Assembly: GCF_006345805.1 (NCBI RefSeq)
Contig: NC_042997.1
Coordinates: 19,282,001 to 19,346,000 of the forward strand
Source of the DNA: Octopus sinensis
Lineage: Eukaryota
Direction of reading: 5' to 3'
DNA length: 64,000 bases
Shown: piece after piece, positions 22,613 through 36,894 of the stretch
Layout of the letters: every line of letters begins with the position of its first letter
Position numbering within the stretch: position 1 is the stretch's first letter
Made by a program: the position numbers and the translations under genes
The notes under the pieces: model-generated
What the model was told of the DNA's origin: nothing
The model's database searches: none
What the model saw: the letters and a program-made list of their open reading frames with translations, nothing else

Positions 22613-25600
22613 TCTGTTATTTTATTTTCATTGAAGATTACACCTGATTTAGAACAATATACATTGGGAGTATGAAACCAATGATGTCAACTTCTTGAAA
22701 TTCTGAGTTCAAATAGCTTCTAAGTCATCATTGCCTTTCATCCTTTCAAGGCCGACAAAATATAATACCAGTCAAGTACTGAGGTGAGAGAAAGCAACCA
22801 CCCAACCACTCCAATTTCCTGCCTTGCTCGAAAGTTTAAACAATTATTAGTTTTGAGAATGAAGGGAAATTTCTTTAATGTATCTTTCTTGAACATAGAT
22901 CAAAGCTACAGTTTCTTATCCTTCTATACATCTTATAAAATAAAATAAAAAATTGTAATAACAATGTTTGTGAGTGGAATTTCAGATATTGTATATCATG
23001 TCCTTTTTTTCCTTTTTGCTTTTACAATAAATATAAAAATATATAAGATATATAAACATGAATATAAAGAGCAATAATAATGATGATGATGTTGATAGGG
23101 GTGATGGTGATGAGGTGGTAGTGGTCATCGTTGCTGTTGTCAGTATCATCATTGTCTCCATGGTGGTCAGGATAATGATGATGGTGATGATGATGATGGT
23201 GGTGGTGTTGTTGATGGTAGTAATGGTAGTGGTGCTGCTGCTGATGATGATGATGAAAAAATAGAAATTGATAAGCAAAGGAGCTAAAGGAATCTATTTT
23301 TTTTCTTTCAGGTTGAAGAAAATCAACTTCTCGCTGCTGAATTTTCTTGAAGAAAATATTGAATTCTTTGTAGTTCACCTGTTTTATTACTAACGATTGC
23401 AACAACTTTTCTTCTTCATCTTTTCTATCATGAGTCTTTGATGTCTATGTCTTGCAGTGACTCTATGACAATCCTGTCAAGTTGTTAGATATTTTTTTTT
23501 CGTTACTATGTTATTTATTTTAGTTCTATTTATTAATCTCTCAATATATTTTTCTTCATTCAGCCCTAAACCATCCTGAGGCATACAGATTTTGACACGC
23601 TGAAAAATAATTGTTTGTGAAATTGCTATTTCTGAAGAAACAGGGAAAACAAATTCAGCTTCTGAAATTGAAATAGAGTTTAAAAAAAAAAGAGAAGAAC
23701 CAAAAAAATATAAAAAAAAAAACGAAAGCCTTCAAATACTTGTATTTATACAAATAAATGCATAATATACATTATTGAACATTAATTCTACCATAGCAGT
23801 CATAATGTTTCATGTATTGGTATGATATTTCTTTTTTCACGATATAACTTATATAAACGGTTCCAACAGTAATAAAATTAGTTGGACATATTCCTTTTAT
23901 CATCAAAGGACTTTAGATTAGCACGCCATATTGATATTGATATATCTCAGTCTTTGTCAATCAATCAATCAGTCATCATCATCATCATCATCATCGTTGT
24001 CGTCGTGGTCATCATCATCAACAACAACAACAACAATAGCAATAAAAACAACAGCACTATTATAAGTTGGACAATTATAATTGCCTCATCATCATCATCA
24101 TCATGAAAAAAAATAAAAAAATATCATGACCATCAATACGACAAGGTAACTTACTGTTTTCTTTATTGGCAGTTTAAGTACCACCAACCACCACCACTAC
24201 TACTACTGCTGTCATCATATTAACCATCAGTATTTATAATAGTAGCTTTTATCATTTATTTTTGTAAAGCAGTCTGTAAATAAACTCTTACTTGGTGAGA
24301 TTCAAATAATTGCCAAATATTTAAGTTTCAGTCTAGGTTTGCAAAACTTACTTCGAAATTGTTTGGTTTAGTCAGTAATGCTGTTAGTTGGATGACACTA
24401 TAAATAATGATTTATTTCTTTAATACCTGAACTTTATGTTTTCCACATTTTACTTATGTGTAAAAAGATAAAAAGAGAAATGTGTGAAATAAACAATGAT
24501 ACTATTGCAAAAAAAATATAAGCTTACTAAGGACATGAACAAATGTTATTTTTGTGAGCAAGTTTGAATATGTGATAATGTCTTCTTTTCCTTGTTCATT
24601 GGTTGTCAACCCAAAGCTTGGATGTCTGTTATCCCAAAGCATAGGGATAACAGTGGCCCATCGGAGAAATGAAACCTACAAGGTAGGGTGGCTCCTGTAG
24701 TGTGTTACTTGCTATTTTCCACAGCAATTCTATTGTGGTCATTAGAGCAGGGTGTAGCTGAGCACATCATTTGTTCTGGGGTACATGGCCCATCGGCTCC
24801 TCTCCCTCCATCTTCTGCTGTTTTACCATCCTCCCATTACTTTTTATTTTCTTTATTATCCTTTCTTCCCTCTCTTTTTGCATGTTCCTTTGTATTTAAA
24901 TAAATAGTGTTTATATCTAAAGAAAAAAGTTATAATATACAGAACTATCACTGTATAAAGCATTGTAGGTCTGAACATGAAGCCAAGATTCACCCAATTT
25001 TCACCAAATTTATGATAAAAGTTTTGGATTATCACTTTGGTTTTGTATTAATTTGTAATATTTTCTTTTGTATGTGTAGATAAATTTCCATTTGGTTCGT
25101 ATGAGTTTTTTTCTGAATTATTTTTCTGATATTGGTTTTGCAGCTAGACTTTCATTATTATATGTTAGTTCTTTAATTAAAACATGTTTCAAATTAATGA
25201 GATTAAGCCCAATTTTCTTGTGTAATATATTCTTTTAAATATAACAATGCCTAATTTTTTTTCATAGTACATAATATGTTTTCAAGTAATTAATTTAGAT
25301 TATGCCCATGCTTTTTTTCTAAACTTTTTATAGTACATAGTATGTTATCTTAGTTGTTACAAAATTTTGAGAATCAATTTGCTGAGTTTTAAGATCTGTG
25401 TAATTCACTCTCAACAGTTTCCTTACACTACTTAAGCTATTTCCCTTATTTTTTCCATTTAAGCTTTCCCACAGACACATAAACTCAAATACACACATAC
25501 ACTCACATGCATACACACACTCACACATGTATATGCATATAATGGTCTTTTATGCAGCTTACATCCACCAAAATCCTCACATACTTTTACTATAGTCCTA

Positions 25601-26494
25601 AGTATTGGCTGTCCAGGAGCAATAGAAGAAAATGTTTACCTAAGGGCCTATGTATGAATAAATGAAGGGCTTCTGCACAGTTTCCATCCTCTAAATTCGA
25701 CTTGCAAGGCATTGGTAAGACAGGTGCTAACAAGTGAGATTGAACCCAGATTCATGTGTTTAGAGAGTGAATTTCTTAACCACACAAGACATTACAGACA
25801 TTAGAATCAGGTATTTTAAATGCAAACTGATACACAAAAGTAAATAAATAAGTGAATAAATTTCCAAGTTCTTTAATTTGAGGACATGACAGAAATATGA
25901 TGATGCATATAGCTTTTTAAACTCGAGTACCAAAGACTGATCTAACACTTTTTACTTTTACTTCATAATACAGAGAGTGGAATTAGAAAGAGGATTAAGT
26001 TATTTAGTTGTAAAACTGCTATGATTGCAAACAATCATACAAACGTCGAAATTTGAAAACTAACTCATCTATGCCATTATAAAGAAAGAGATATTCTATT
26101 CAAACACAACACACATATACATTCATGCATACAAACCCACATACTTATAAATATACATATAAAAACACAGACACACATGTGCATATAAATGTATTCACAT
26201 AGAAAGAGAAAAGGAATGAAATAGGGAAATGGAAAATAAAAATTGAGGATATTACAGATATCTAACTTCAAAGAAGTATTTTGAATAACTAACCAGTGAC
26301 AGGATTATATAGAATTTGCCTGTTAAAAAGATAATGAAAGACATTATGTTGATGATAATGGTATTGATAAGGTGTGGAAACAAGAAATATAATGATTCAT
26401 TACACCAATGACATTCGCTTTAAAAAAACAGGTTTCCTTTAAATTTTAATGTTAGAATTTATCATCCTTGTTGAGTGTGAGTTTGTGCAATTAG

Positions 26495-26630
26495 TAACAA
26501 CAACAATAACAACAACAGCAAAAACACAACAACAGCAGCAACAACAGTAACAGCAGCAGCAACAACAACAACCACAGCAGCAGCAACAACAACAACCATA
26601 ACCACAGCATCAACAACAACAACAAAAATA
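26495..26630. repeat. (CAA/CAG)n trinucleotide microsatellite
   Basis: Directly visible compound tract. Confidence 0.9.
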
Positions 26631-27806
26631 ATGATAAAAGCGAAGAAAGTGAAAAGAAGTATATGAGATTCACACTTAGTTGTCAGGTTTGTCTCTTTTA
26701 TCTACAAGAATATCTGACTAGCTACCTAGCTTACATTTTAACACTTTGTTCTTATCTATGGCTGTCATCACTGGTTGTCATCACAACCAGTCTACAGCTA
26801 TGAGTCATGGATTGCATCCAATCCAGCATGCATATGGAACATCTCTGATACCATCTGCATTAACAGACAAGGACTGCGTAGCTTATCTGGACTGAGACAA
26901 TTTTATTGAACCAGACATGGTCTAATAAATGCATGAGACTTTGGCAACGTGACAAATCTCTGCCTATCAATTTGTATGAAAATAAAATTAAATGTATAAA
27001 ATAAGAGAAATATCTTGACAATAATGCAAAGGTAAATAAATTAATACTGCAATAACTTAAGGGGCTTACATTTCTACGTATGGAAGTAAATGACAAACAA
27101 GCCTGCTTTACTACTACAACAAAGTTACTGCTGACATTATTCATCCTTTAAGCAAGCATTGCATAAATTTACATCAACTATTTCTTTCACGTGTTAAATA
27201 GCTGTCTAGTTAAGTTGCTGCACTATCACCAATCCAAGGGTCATGGGATCTAATGCTGCTTTTGGCTTGATTTCAAATTCTATAGTGAAGAATATTTCGT
27301 GGTCTGGACTTAATTGAAAGATAATTACTTACTCAATTTTATAATTATGCATTCAGAGCGATGAAGTTTCAGGACACTTTTATTATTATTGATAAATGGT
27401 ACAGAACTGATGGTTGAGTGAAAGTCTTTGATTATTCCTTATGGGTTACAATTACATATATACGATAAGCTTTCTTTAATGTTTCTTGAAAGTACAATGA
27501 ATCCTAATATGGTTTATTTCTTCTATAACAAATATTCTGAGAATTTTAACTTGTATTAAAAACTGATCTCCTATGCAGAGAAGATATTTCTTTATTTCAT
27601 ATACATGCAATTATTTTGAAACTGGTATCAAACACTAGCTTTAATAGTTCTCAGAGTAGAAGTGAATTGTCTTTACTCAGTCATAAATGTGCCGAGAGAT
27701 TGGTAGGCTGAAAACATGATTTTTTAGAACAGTTTTAAATGTTTAACACTCATTATTAAAAATGAATTAAAAACTTTACATCATGCAAGAAATGTTCAAT
27801 GCTAGC

Positions 27807-28270
27807 CATCATCATCATCATCGTTTAACGTCCACTTTCCATGCTAGCATGGGTTGGACGATTTGACTGAGGACTGGTGAACCAGATGGCTGCATCAGGC
27901 TCCAATCTTGATCTGGCAGAGTTTCTACAGCTAGATGCCCTTCTTAACACCAACCACTCCAAGAGCATAGTGGGTGCTTTTATGTGCCACCGGCACGAGG
28001 GCTAGTCAGGCAGTACTGGCAATAGCCATGCTCAAATGGTGCTTTTTATGTACCACCTGCACAGGGGCCAGTCCAGCAGCACTGGCAATGACCTCGCTCG
28101 AATATTTTTTCATGTGCCACCAGCACAAGTGCCAGTAAGGCAACACAGGTAACGATTACGCTTGAATGGTGCTTTTTACGTGCCACCAGCACGAAGGCCA
28201 GCTTGTTGCTCTGGCAACGATCATGCTCGTATGGTACTCTTAGCGCTCCACTAGCACGGAGGCCGTCATC
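27807..28270 (-). mobile_element. SINE-like family A with internal ~60 bp repeats
   Basis: Tail catcatcgtttaacgtcc, followed by repeated ggtgctttttatgtgccacc-type units. Confidence 0.85.
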
Positions 28271-30344
28271 AAATTATGAATTGCAATACCTCTTGTAACA
28301 TCTAACTTGATTTCTACTTGTTTTCAGGATCTTTACTGCTATAAAATTAAAAGTTGTATCTACAACCCGTTGCTTGTATGTTGGAAAAGAGATATTTTAG
28401 ATTAATGAAAATTACTTCTATGAACTTCAGTTTGCATATCTTGTTGTAACAGGTGCTTGCACACTATAACAGGAAAAGAATGATGTAACTGTGACAGATT
28501 TTCAAGTTCAGAAATTCTCATTTTTCTATTGTAAAGGTTTATAATACATTTTCAATCATCTAGTAACCATTTTATCCATCATACTTTAAAATATTTATAA
28601 AAGATACAAAAAATTACTTAAAAGTATTTGTAAGTATTTGTTTGAGTAAAAATTCAAATAATTGAAAAATACTATAATTTTCTTAAATTGAAACTACAAA
28701 GCTTACATATAATAGAAATTATATCTAAATAATCTATGCAGGTAGCATATCTATATGTATTGTGTCTACTTCTGAGAGAGCATAGGGAAAGACATCTACA
28801 AAGGAAAATTGTTCTGCTGACAGCTTCAAAAGAAATCAATTTAAATTTAATGCAGACAGGTAAGAAAACATGCACACACGCACACTCGCACACACACACA
28901 CACACCATTATAACTGCGATGTCATACTGCAGTAGCATTGAATCAATACTGTTTAGCTTCAATGTAAAACAGTGCTGAACTTTATTCTAGATAACTTATT
29001 TGTAATCCAGTTCGTCTCATTCAAACAGCTTTGTGGTCAGAAATGTTTCAGTTGTGACCATCTTGCCATTTCTTCCAGGCACAGTGTATTTGGCATTCCA
29101 TTATAAAATTTCTTTTTCTATGACAAAATGTTCCAAGTGTTAGTTGCTATTGAAGTGGTAGTAGTTGTTCTGTTGTTTAACCCCCAAGTCTGTCTGACTG
29201 AGGGAACTTGTGATCAAAGGTATTTCAGCCACAACCCTTATGTCCTTTTAAGGGAATGTTGACTCTATGATCCTGTATGCCCTTAAGATGGCTGATCCAG
29301 CTGTGCTTTTTTTAGCAGATTAAGCAACCATGTAGAAGCATCCTTGTTTAGTTATGTTTCAATTAATGACATACATTAGTGCTTTAGTGCAAGGCACTGA
29401 TATTTGCCCCATATAAAGCAATATAGAGTTCACACATTGAGACAGTATTGAGTTTGTGGATTGTGTTAAGTTCATAAAATAATAAATGATTGGAGGTTTA
29501 TGTATCCATGCAGATATGCACTGTATTTTCACAAGAATGGGAAATAGCAAATTTTAAAATTACCTCCAATATTTGTTCTTTTCAAATCCATATATCAAGA
29601 TTTCTATAACCTTATTTACAAAGAAATTAAAAGAAAGGGAAGAAAAATTATTCAAAAGTCTTTCATTTTATCAATATTAAATATGTTTAAATCCAAATCT
29701 TAATTTAATTTTGTTTCCATCAGACTTCTTTATTTTCCATATGAAGAACAAGAAGAAATAAAATTTTTAAAAGTGAACTAAAATTGTAAGAATATGTTTT
29801 ATAGACAATGGCAACAGAATTTAAAAGAATGCATGCTGAGATTGCTTATCAAATTTATAAACAATTTTATTCTAATTTTAATCTTCATTATTAAATTGCT
29901 CTGTATTTCAACTGGTTACAAAATGTCTGAAACAGAAACTTCCAAGATAATATTACAATTAAAAAGAAAAAAGTTAAGAAGATAATATGGTTAAAACTGG
30001 ATTGTAAATTACTTTGGCATGGAAGAAACAATTTAAATTTATATTCAATACTGTCACTATTATTTTCTTTGGTCAGACCGAAACAAAAGAAAAATATTTT
30101 TGAAAATTGTTTTTAAATAATTAAAGAATTTTGAATATCCTTTAATAAGGATAATAAACTTTATTATATTACACCAATTTTATTTTCAATTTTTCCCCTC
30201 AAAACATTTTATATGTTATTAACTTCGAATGCCTGTGAAATATAGATAGTTATCTAACTGAGTATTATGACATTTTGGAAATTGCCAAAGGTTATTGAAA
30301 ATTAAAAAGTATTGCCACTTATAGAAGTATTAATAATAAGATGA

Positions 30345-30402
30345 GGCAATAGTGATGATAATAATAATAATGATAATAATAATGATAATGATAATAATAA
30401 TA

Positions 30403-30448
<46 letters not shown>

Positions 30449-30450
30449 GG
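30345..30450. repeat. (AAT/GAT)n microsatellite
   Basis: Directly visible. It is the source of the poly-Ile ORFs. Confidence 0.95.
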
Positions 30451-31467
30451 ATAATCTTGATAATATGTATTAGAGAATCCAATTTTAGGGGGAAATTACA
30501 TTTCTCAAGCTGTTTCAGGAAATTCAAAATTCAAGTAATTGTTCTCATCTACTTATGTAGATTATTGTAGAAAACTGTTATTCAATAAATTGTAAAGAAA
30601 AAAATTACCTAGAATCAATGAATAATGGAATCGTGTTGGTGATTTTTTTGTGGGAAGTGAAGGGGTGAAGATATAAGATAGCTGCCTTTTTATTGAGTAA
30701 AATAGTTATGAATGCATATATAGTATAAGAAAATATTAGAAAATTAGAAAAAAATAAAGCAACGAGATTACAAAGAAATAGAACAAAAATAAATCTACAG
30801 AAACCAAATTTCAGTTTATAAATAGTTTTATTTTCTTACCTCTTTTATTAGTAATTTTTTTTTCCCACATTCGAAAAGCAATCATGCCATTATTATTGAA
30901 AACCAGAGAGATTGACTAACAGAAAACTTGGAATAAAATTTTAAATTGATATACACAGCTAACAAAGATATTTTTCAAGTAGCATCCACACATAATTAGC
31001 CCTAGATTGACTGATGATTGTATTTTGTATAGATTTCTTTAAAATAATTGACTTCAGAAGAATGTTAAGTTAAAATATCCTGATAAATTATACTGAACTT
31101 ATTATTATTGTCCACAATTCACAGCCATAATTATCACAACACATTCATCTTTGTAATACTATGAAATAGAGTGTGTTTCATAAATCATTCTTACTTGAAA
31201 GATTTCTCTCTTAAATTCTTTTATACATGAAGCATAGCTTTCAAAGATCTAATCCAGCTACTTCAATTCAATTTCTTTTATAATATGCTTGTTTCTGAAC
31301 TCTTTGCTTATCCAAAAGCTTTTTTACTAGAGTACTGCTAATCTATGAGTCAGTAAGTGAAGTTCCAATAGGCCACTAGGTTGAAAATATAACACCATCA
31401 TATCAGACCCCACCATCTAAAGAAAAGAGCTCATTAAAGTAGTCATTGATACACAGTCTGATTAAAT

Positions 31468-32827
31468 AATCAAATGTTTAAATCAAAGCCATTGCTTCTC
31501 TTGTATGCACAAACCAATATCTCTAATATTCAAATGTTTTTCTAGTTTGCTTACAAATGCTCCAACTATCTTAAAACACCCGATGGATTATATACAGTTG
31601 ATATTTTATGCAAACCAAATCTGCCAGGATCCACTTGAGCAGATATACAGATATACTGGAATGCTTGTGATCAAAGGTCTGTTCAGTTAAAGGTGACTTA
31701 GGATCAGTAACAGCAACTGCTCAGGTAACTTATTCAGATGACCTGGGTTAGTATATTAAAAGCTGCTCATATAACTGGGACATAGAAGCTGCTATATGCA
31801 CTCAGGTATCCTAGACTGCATTGCAAAAATGTCTTGACTGGTTAGTAAACCTTTGCTCAACATGCTACAGCCATTGTCTTACTGATCCACTATCACTACT
31901 ATCTGTCTCTCAAATATTTATAACAGCTGATCCAGCATCTGTACACTAGCTTGCATTGTCATCATCATCATCATCGTTTAACGTATGCTTTCCATACTAG
32001 CATGGGTTGGACGACTTTGACTGAGGGCTGGCGAACCAGATGGCTGCATCAGGCTCCAATCTTGATCTAGCAGAGTTTCTACAGCTGGATGCCCTTCCTA
32101 ATGCCAACCACTCGGAGAGTGTAGTTGGTGCTTTTTATGTACCACCAGCATGGGGGCTAGTCAGGCGGTACTGGCAATGACCTCATTCAAATATTTTTAC
32201 ATGTGCCACCGGCCCAGGTGCCAGTGAAGCGACGTTGGTAATGATCAAGCTCGAATGGTGCCCTTTTAAGTGCCATGGGTACAGAAGCCAGTTGGCTGCT
32301 CTGGCAACGATCACGCTTGGATGGTGCTCCTGGTACCTTACTAACACAGGCAAAAGTGCCAGTAAAGCGACGCTAGTAACGATCACGCTTGGATGGTGCC
32401 CTTTTATGTGCCACCAAAAAACCCATCTCTTCTCTACTTAACAATGCTACTGATTTTTCACTTCAGAAACTCAATACTAATCAATTATTAGACCCTTCGT
32501 GTTCATTATGGTAACTCTATGAAAACTTTCTCTGTCCTTGCTTTTCCTCCAGGAATCAAGCAGTAGGAGTTTAAGTATATCAACCACATGAATGTTACCA
32601 GACTTAGAAGTTCTATAATGGTTAAATAGATAGATTTTTTTAAAAAATCAAATGTTTAAACCAAAGCCATTGTTTCTCTTGTATGCACAAACCAATATTT
32701 ATAATATTCAAATGCTTTTCTAGCTTGCTTACAAATGCTCCAACTACCTTAAAAGACCCAGTGGATTATATATAGTTGATATTGTATGCAAGCCAAATCT
32801 ATTGCGATCCACTTGAGCAGATGTACA
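31468..32827. repeat. 182 bp direct repeat pair (31468-31649 and 32646-32827)
   Basis: Gap-free alignment from aatcaaatgtttaaa to gagcagat(a/g)taca, with about 19 mismatches by hand count. Confidence 0.92.
31967..32415 (-). mobile_element. SINE-like family A with internal repeats
   Basis: Family A tail and body. Confidence 0.85.
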
Positions 32828-33656
32828 ATACATATTTAATATAAGGTCCATTTGTGCAAAATAACATTAAGATAGCTATACATTCTTCAATTATCTATAT
32901 GTTTTAGTCTATTTTACCTTTAATATAATGTATAAGGTTAAATTGATCCACAGAGAATATAAACATAGGGCTCAGACACATTAAACTTGATTACAAATAG
33001 TAACTGGAATACTGATATTACATTGAGCAGATTTCTGCAGAATAGGGATATGCAGTCACCATCATCATAATTTAATACCTGCTTTCCATAAGGTAAATTG
33101 AATTGTGTATGTATGTGTGAAGGCATGTGAACAAATAGTTAGGGCATTTCTTTCATGATTGCGAGATTGTGGTTTCAGTTCCCATACCAGTGGTGCAGTG
33201 TGTCCTTGAGCAAAACACTTCCTTTTATATTGCTCATAAATGTTCAGTGAGAATGCTGGCCTGCTTGTCTGCCTGCCTAACTAATAAGAATGAAATCATT
33301 CGAAGGTTAAAACAATGGGAAGTGTATAGTGACAGCAGTGTATAACAATAGCCAATAGTTTAGGCAATAGTATGATATATATATATATGTGTGTGTATGT
33401 GTTTTATCCTTTTACTTGTTACAGTCATTTTACTGTGGTCATGCTGCAGCAATGCCTTGAAGGGTTTTAGTTGAACAAATCGATCTCAAGACTTCTTTTC
33501 TTTCTTTAAACCTAGTATTTATTCTATTGGTCTCTTTTTGCCAAACTACTAGGTTACAGGAATATAAACACACCAATACCAGTTGTCAAGCAGTGATGTG
33601 GGACAAACATAGACAGAAAGACACACACACACATACAGATATATACATATATAATA

Positions 33657-33879
33657 AATTAATAAATAAATAAAACATATGCATATATACATACATATAT
33701 GTACATACCTACCTCTACATGTATATATACATGCATATATGGGTACAGGACACCAAAAAAATGTCGAACACAATGAGAAACGAAAACATAAACACAAAAT
33801 AGAGTACAGGACATACAAAACAAGGAAAATTCCCCTTCTTCAGTCGTTTTTGTTTCATCTACTCCACGTTTCGAAGGCC
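33657..33879 (-). mobile_element. Partial copy of the 44.1-44.6 kb foldback element
   Basis: Reverse complement of 44328-44576 (arm plus adjacent spacer). Confidence 0.8.
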
Positions 33880-35202
33880 ATGTGTGTATGTGTGTTTGTA
33901 TTCATGCATATATAATTTCTCTTCCCATTTTTATTGGGTTGGATTATAGTAAACAAATTTCTCAAATATAACTCACCAAAGCAACAACCCTCAGGAATTC
34001 AGCACACACATTTTCTCAATGGGTGTTGATTTGCAGATATTCAAAGAGAAAACTTGAACTGCATCAATATCAAAAGTCTTGAAGCTCAGTTTGTAAATCA
34101 TGGGTTGGTCCCCCTCCTTTAATTAATAAAATCAAACTGTGACTTCCATACAGCTAAAATTACAGCATAATTTTATAACAAGTAAAATGTTGGTACAATA
34201 AAGCCATTAAGATCAAAATTATTACTATCACCATCATCGTCATCATTGTTGTCATCATCGTCACCATTGGCCTTATCATCCACACCACCACCAAAACTTC
34301 TTCTTCACAAACCAACTAGGGAACATCTATGTTATTGTTTGACCTGCTAGAAATAGTACTCAAACTCTTCCAATGCATATCTTAAATAAGGAAAGGACAC
34401 ATTAGATAATATATAACTAGGTATCTTTCTAATACGTGATGATTATGTCTGGAATACCTTTGATAATAGATCTGCTTGATCAGAGTTGACCTGGAGATAA
34501 ATGGCAATGCCAACAACAACAACATTCTTCTCTTTCTTAATATCCAGTTTTCCTTATGCTTATTTGGAGAATGCACATATTGTGAATCAAGAAACAAACC
34601 AACCTATAGCATGCAATCAGATACCCCAGTGATATGACTAGAAAATTGCTTCAGAAGAATGGAAGGCTGTAATCTAGAAAGTTATTGAATAAATCATGAC
34701 AATCACACAAGAACATTTGAAATCTATGAGGAAATTCAGACACCTTGAATAGATTCTCTGGAAGAAATGTCACAGGGGAGCAATTTCTTTTCACATCTAA
34801 CTGCCAGTGCTAATGTAAAATTAAATGAAATAACACCTGTTTGAAGAAAGTGAAAGCCACTGTAGTTGTGAGAACAAAATTCATGAAAGTTTAGAAAGTT
34901 ACCAGATAGGTTATGTATGAATGGTATTAAGTGCACTAGAACTGAACAAAGCAGTTCCACAGTTTTGTTGAGAAATATAAGAACAAAAACAGAATTATGT
35001 GAGTAAACATAGTTGTATATCTGTAAAACACTGAATCACTATTCTTTTATTTTTTTCAGGTTTTGTTTCATTCAGTGGATTGTGGTCATGCTGGAGTGTC
35101 ACCTTCAAAGGTTTTAATCAAGTTTATCAACCCCATTACTTATTTTATTAATCATCATTCATCAATTTGCTAATTCACCTACCATCACATTTAGAAATTA
35201 AA

Positions 35203-35440
35203 AGGCGGCCAGCTGGCAGAAACGTTAGCACGACAGGCAAAATCCTTATCGGTATTTCGTCTGCCGTTACATTCTGAGTTCAAATTCCACCGAGGTCGAC
35301 TTTATCTTTCATCCTTTTGGGGACGATAAATTAAGTACCAGTTACACACTGGGGTTGACATAATCGACTTAATCCATTTGTCTATCTGTGTTTGTCCCCT
35401 CTATGTTTAACCCCTAGTGGGCAATAAAGAAACAAGAAAT
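35203..35440 (+). mobile_element. SINE family D (tRNA-derived)
   Basis: ggcggccagctggcagaaacgttagc...gagttcaaattcc...gtcgactt...aataaagaaa, shared with 48773-49187 and 58390-58810. Confidence 0.85.
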
Positions 35441-36894
35441 GAAACTTAACATACTGTTTAGACAAGAAAAAAAATATACACCCTCACACATTCACACTTA
35501 TTTATAGATACATGTACACAAAACAGTGATAAGATGGCTCTCTGTACAGGTTCCATATGTCAAATTTCACCTTCAAAGCATTAGTGAACCCAAGGAAGAA
35601 GAAACAATAAATTTTGTACAGTATAAGGAATGCATTTACAAAGTGTACTTTTTAATCATACAGATATGCCTGTTCATATGTAGGAATCAAATAGAATTTC
35701 AGAAAATTTGAAAATATAGGGAAGAAATCTCAGGATTATAGATATAATTTCAGAAACATGAACTATGTGATGTTGCTCTAGATAAAACACAGGGCTTTGA
35801 TTATGTGTGCTTGGTTATTGTTTTTTGTTACCATTTTATAAGCTTTAGGTCAGCCTTGATTGAGCAGGCCTATCATCAAAGCTATTCCAGGTATGACAAT
35901 CACATCTTATATTCAAAGAATGATGTTCCATGACCATTTTATTTAAGATACACTTCTTTTCTTTTGATGTTTGATTTGAGAGAAATTTGGTCCATAATCC
36001 TAGCAGATTACTTGACCATACTGGAGGTCTCTCACTCATTAGTTTGCTAATATACAAGTGCATTATACCTTTTACTAACATGAACTTTTTCTTTTTATTG
36101 TCATTCATACATTGTATATATATGTGCATTCCAAATAGACAAGTAAGTTCTCATCTTCTAGTGTAAAGCCAGCTCCTTCCCTTAGGTTTCCTAGTTATGT
36201 GAACGGCATGATGATCTCAGTAATGTCAATGGTATGCACATACACAAAAAAAGCACCTAGTAATTACTGTAAATGAATTGGGCTTATGAAGAGGATTCAG
36301 TCATAGAAACCTTGCCATAATGAACAGTGGATTATGATGCAATCTTTGGACCCATCACAACCAGTGAAACCATCTAACCCACGCCAGCATGGAACATGGA
36401 TGATAAATGGTGATGATCATTGTTATGATGATGATGATTATGATGATGATGATAAGGATGATGATAAGGATGATGATAACTCACCTCTATGGAACATATA
36501 CACACACATTCACATAAACACAAAACACTACTCATGTATGAACACAGCATGTACACACAAATGTAGCTCTCTTGTGTTGTTTCTAGACCAAAGTCTGTGA
36601 ATTAAGCCATGACCATCATTGTATAAATGAAAGTTTCTCACTGCAATGGCTGACATTTTTATATTTCTCTTTATAAGCAGTTTATGAATTCATCCATATT
36701 TTTTTTCTTTCTATGCCAAGAGGGAAAATCCTATGAAAATCATTTTGCTTCTTTTTTATCCCCTCAAAATGATTAAGGATTACTGAAGATGTTATATTGT
36801 TTAAGCATTAAATATTTAATATTTTCTTCAACTTACACACACACGAACTGACTGATGCCAAAACAGAAAGAGTAATTGTAGAACATTTCTAAAA

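Noticed and set aside
21964-23405. Poly-Val/His/Thr/Asn ORFs such as 21999-22367 and 23022-23405
   Set aside because: These are translations of degenerate trinucleotide microsatellites.
30330-30570. Poly-Ile ORFs on both strands
   Set aside because: They come from an (AAT/GAT)n microsatellite.
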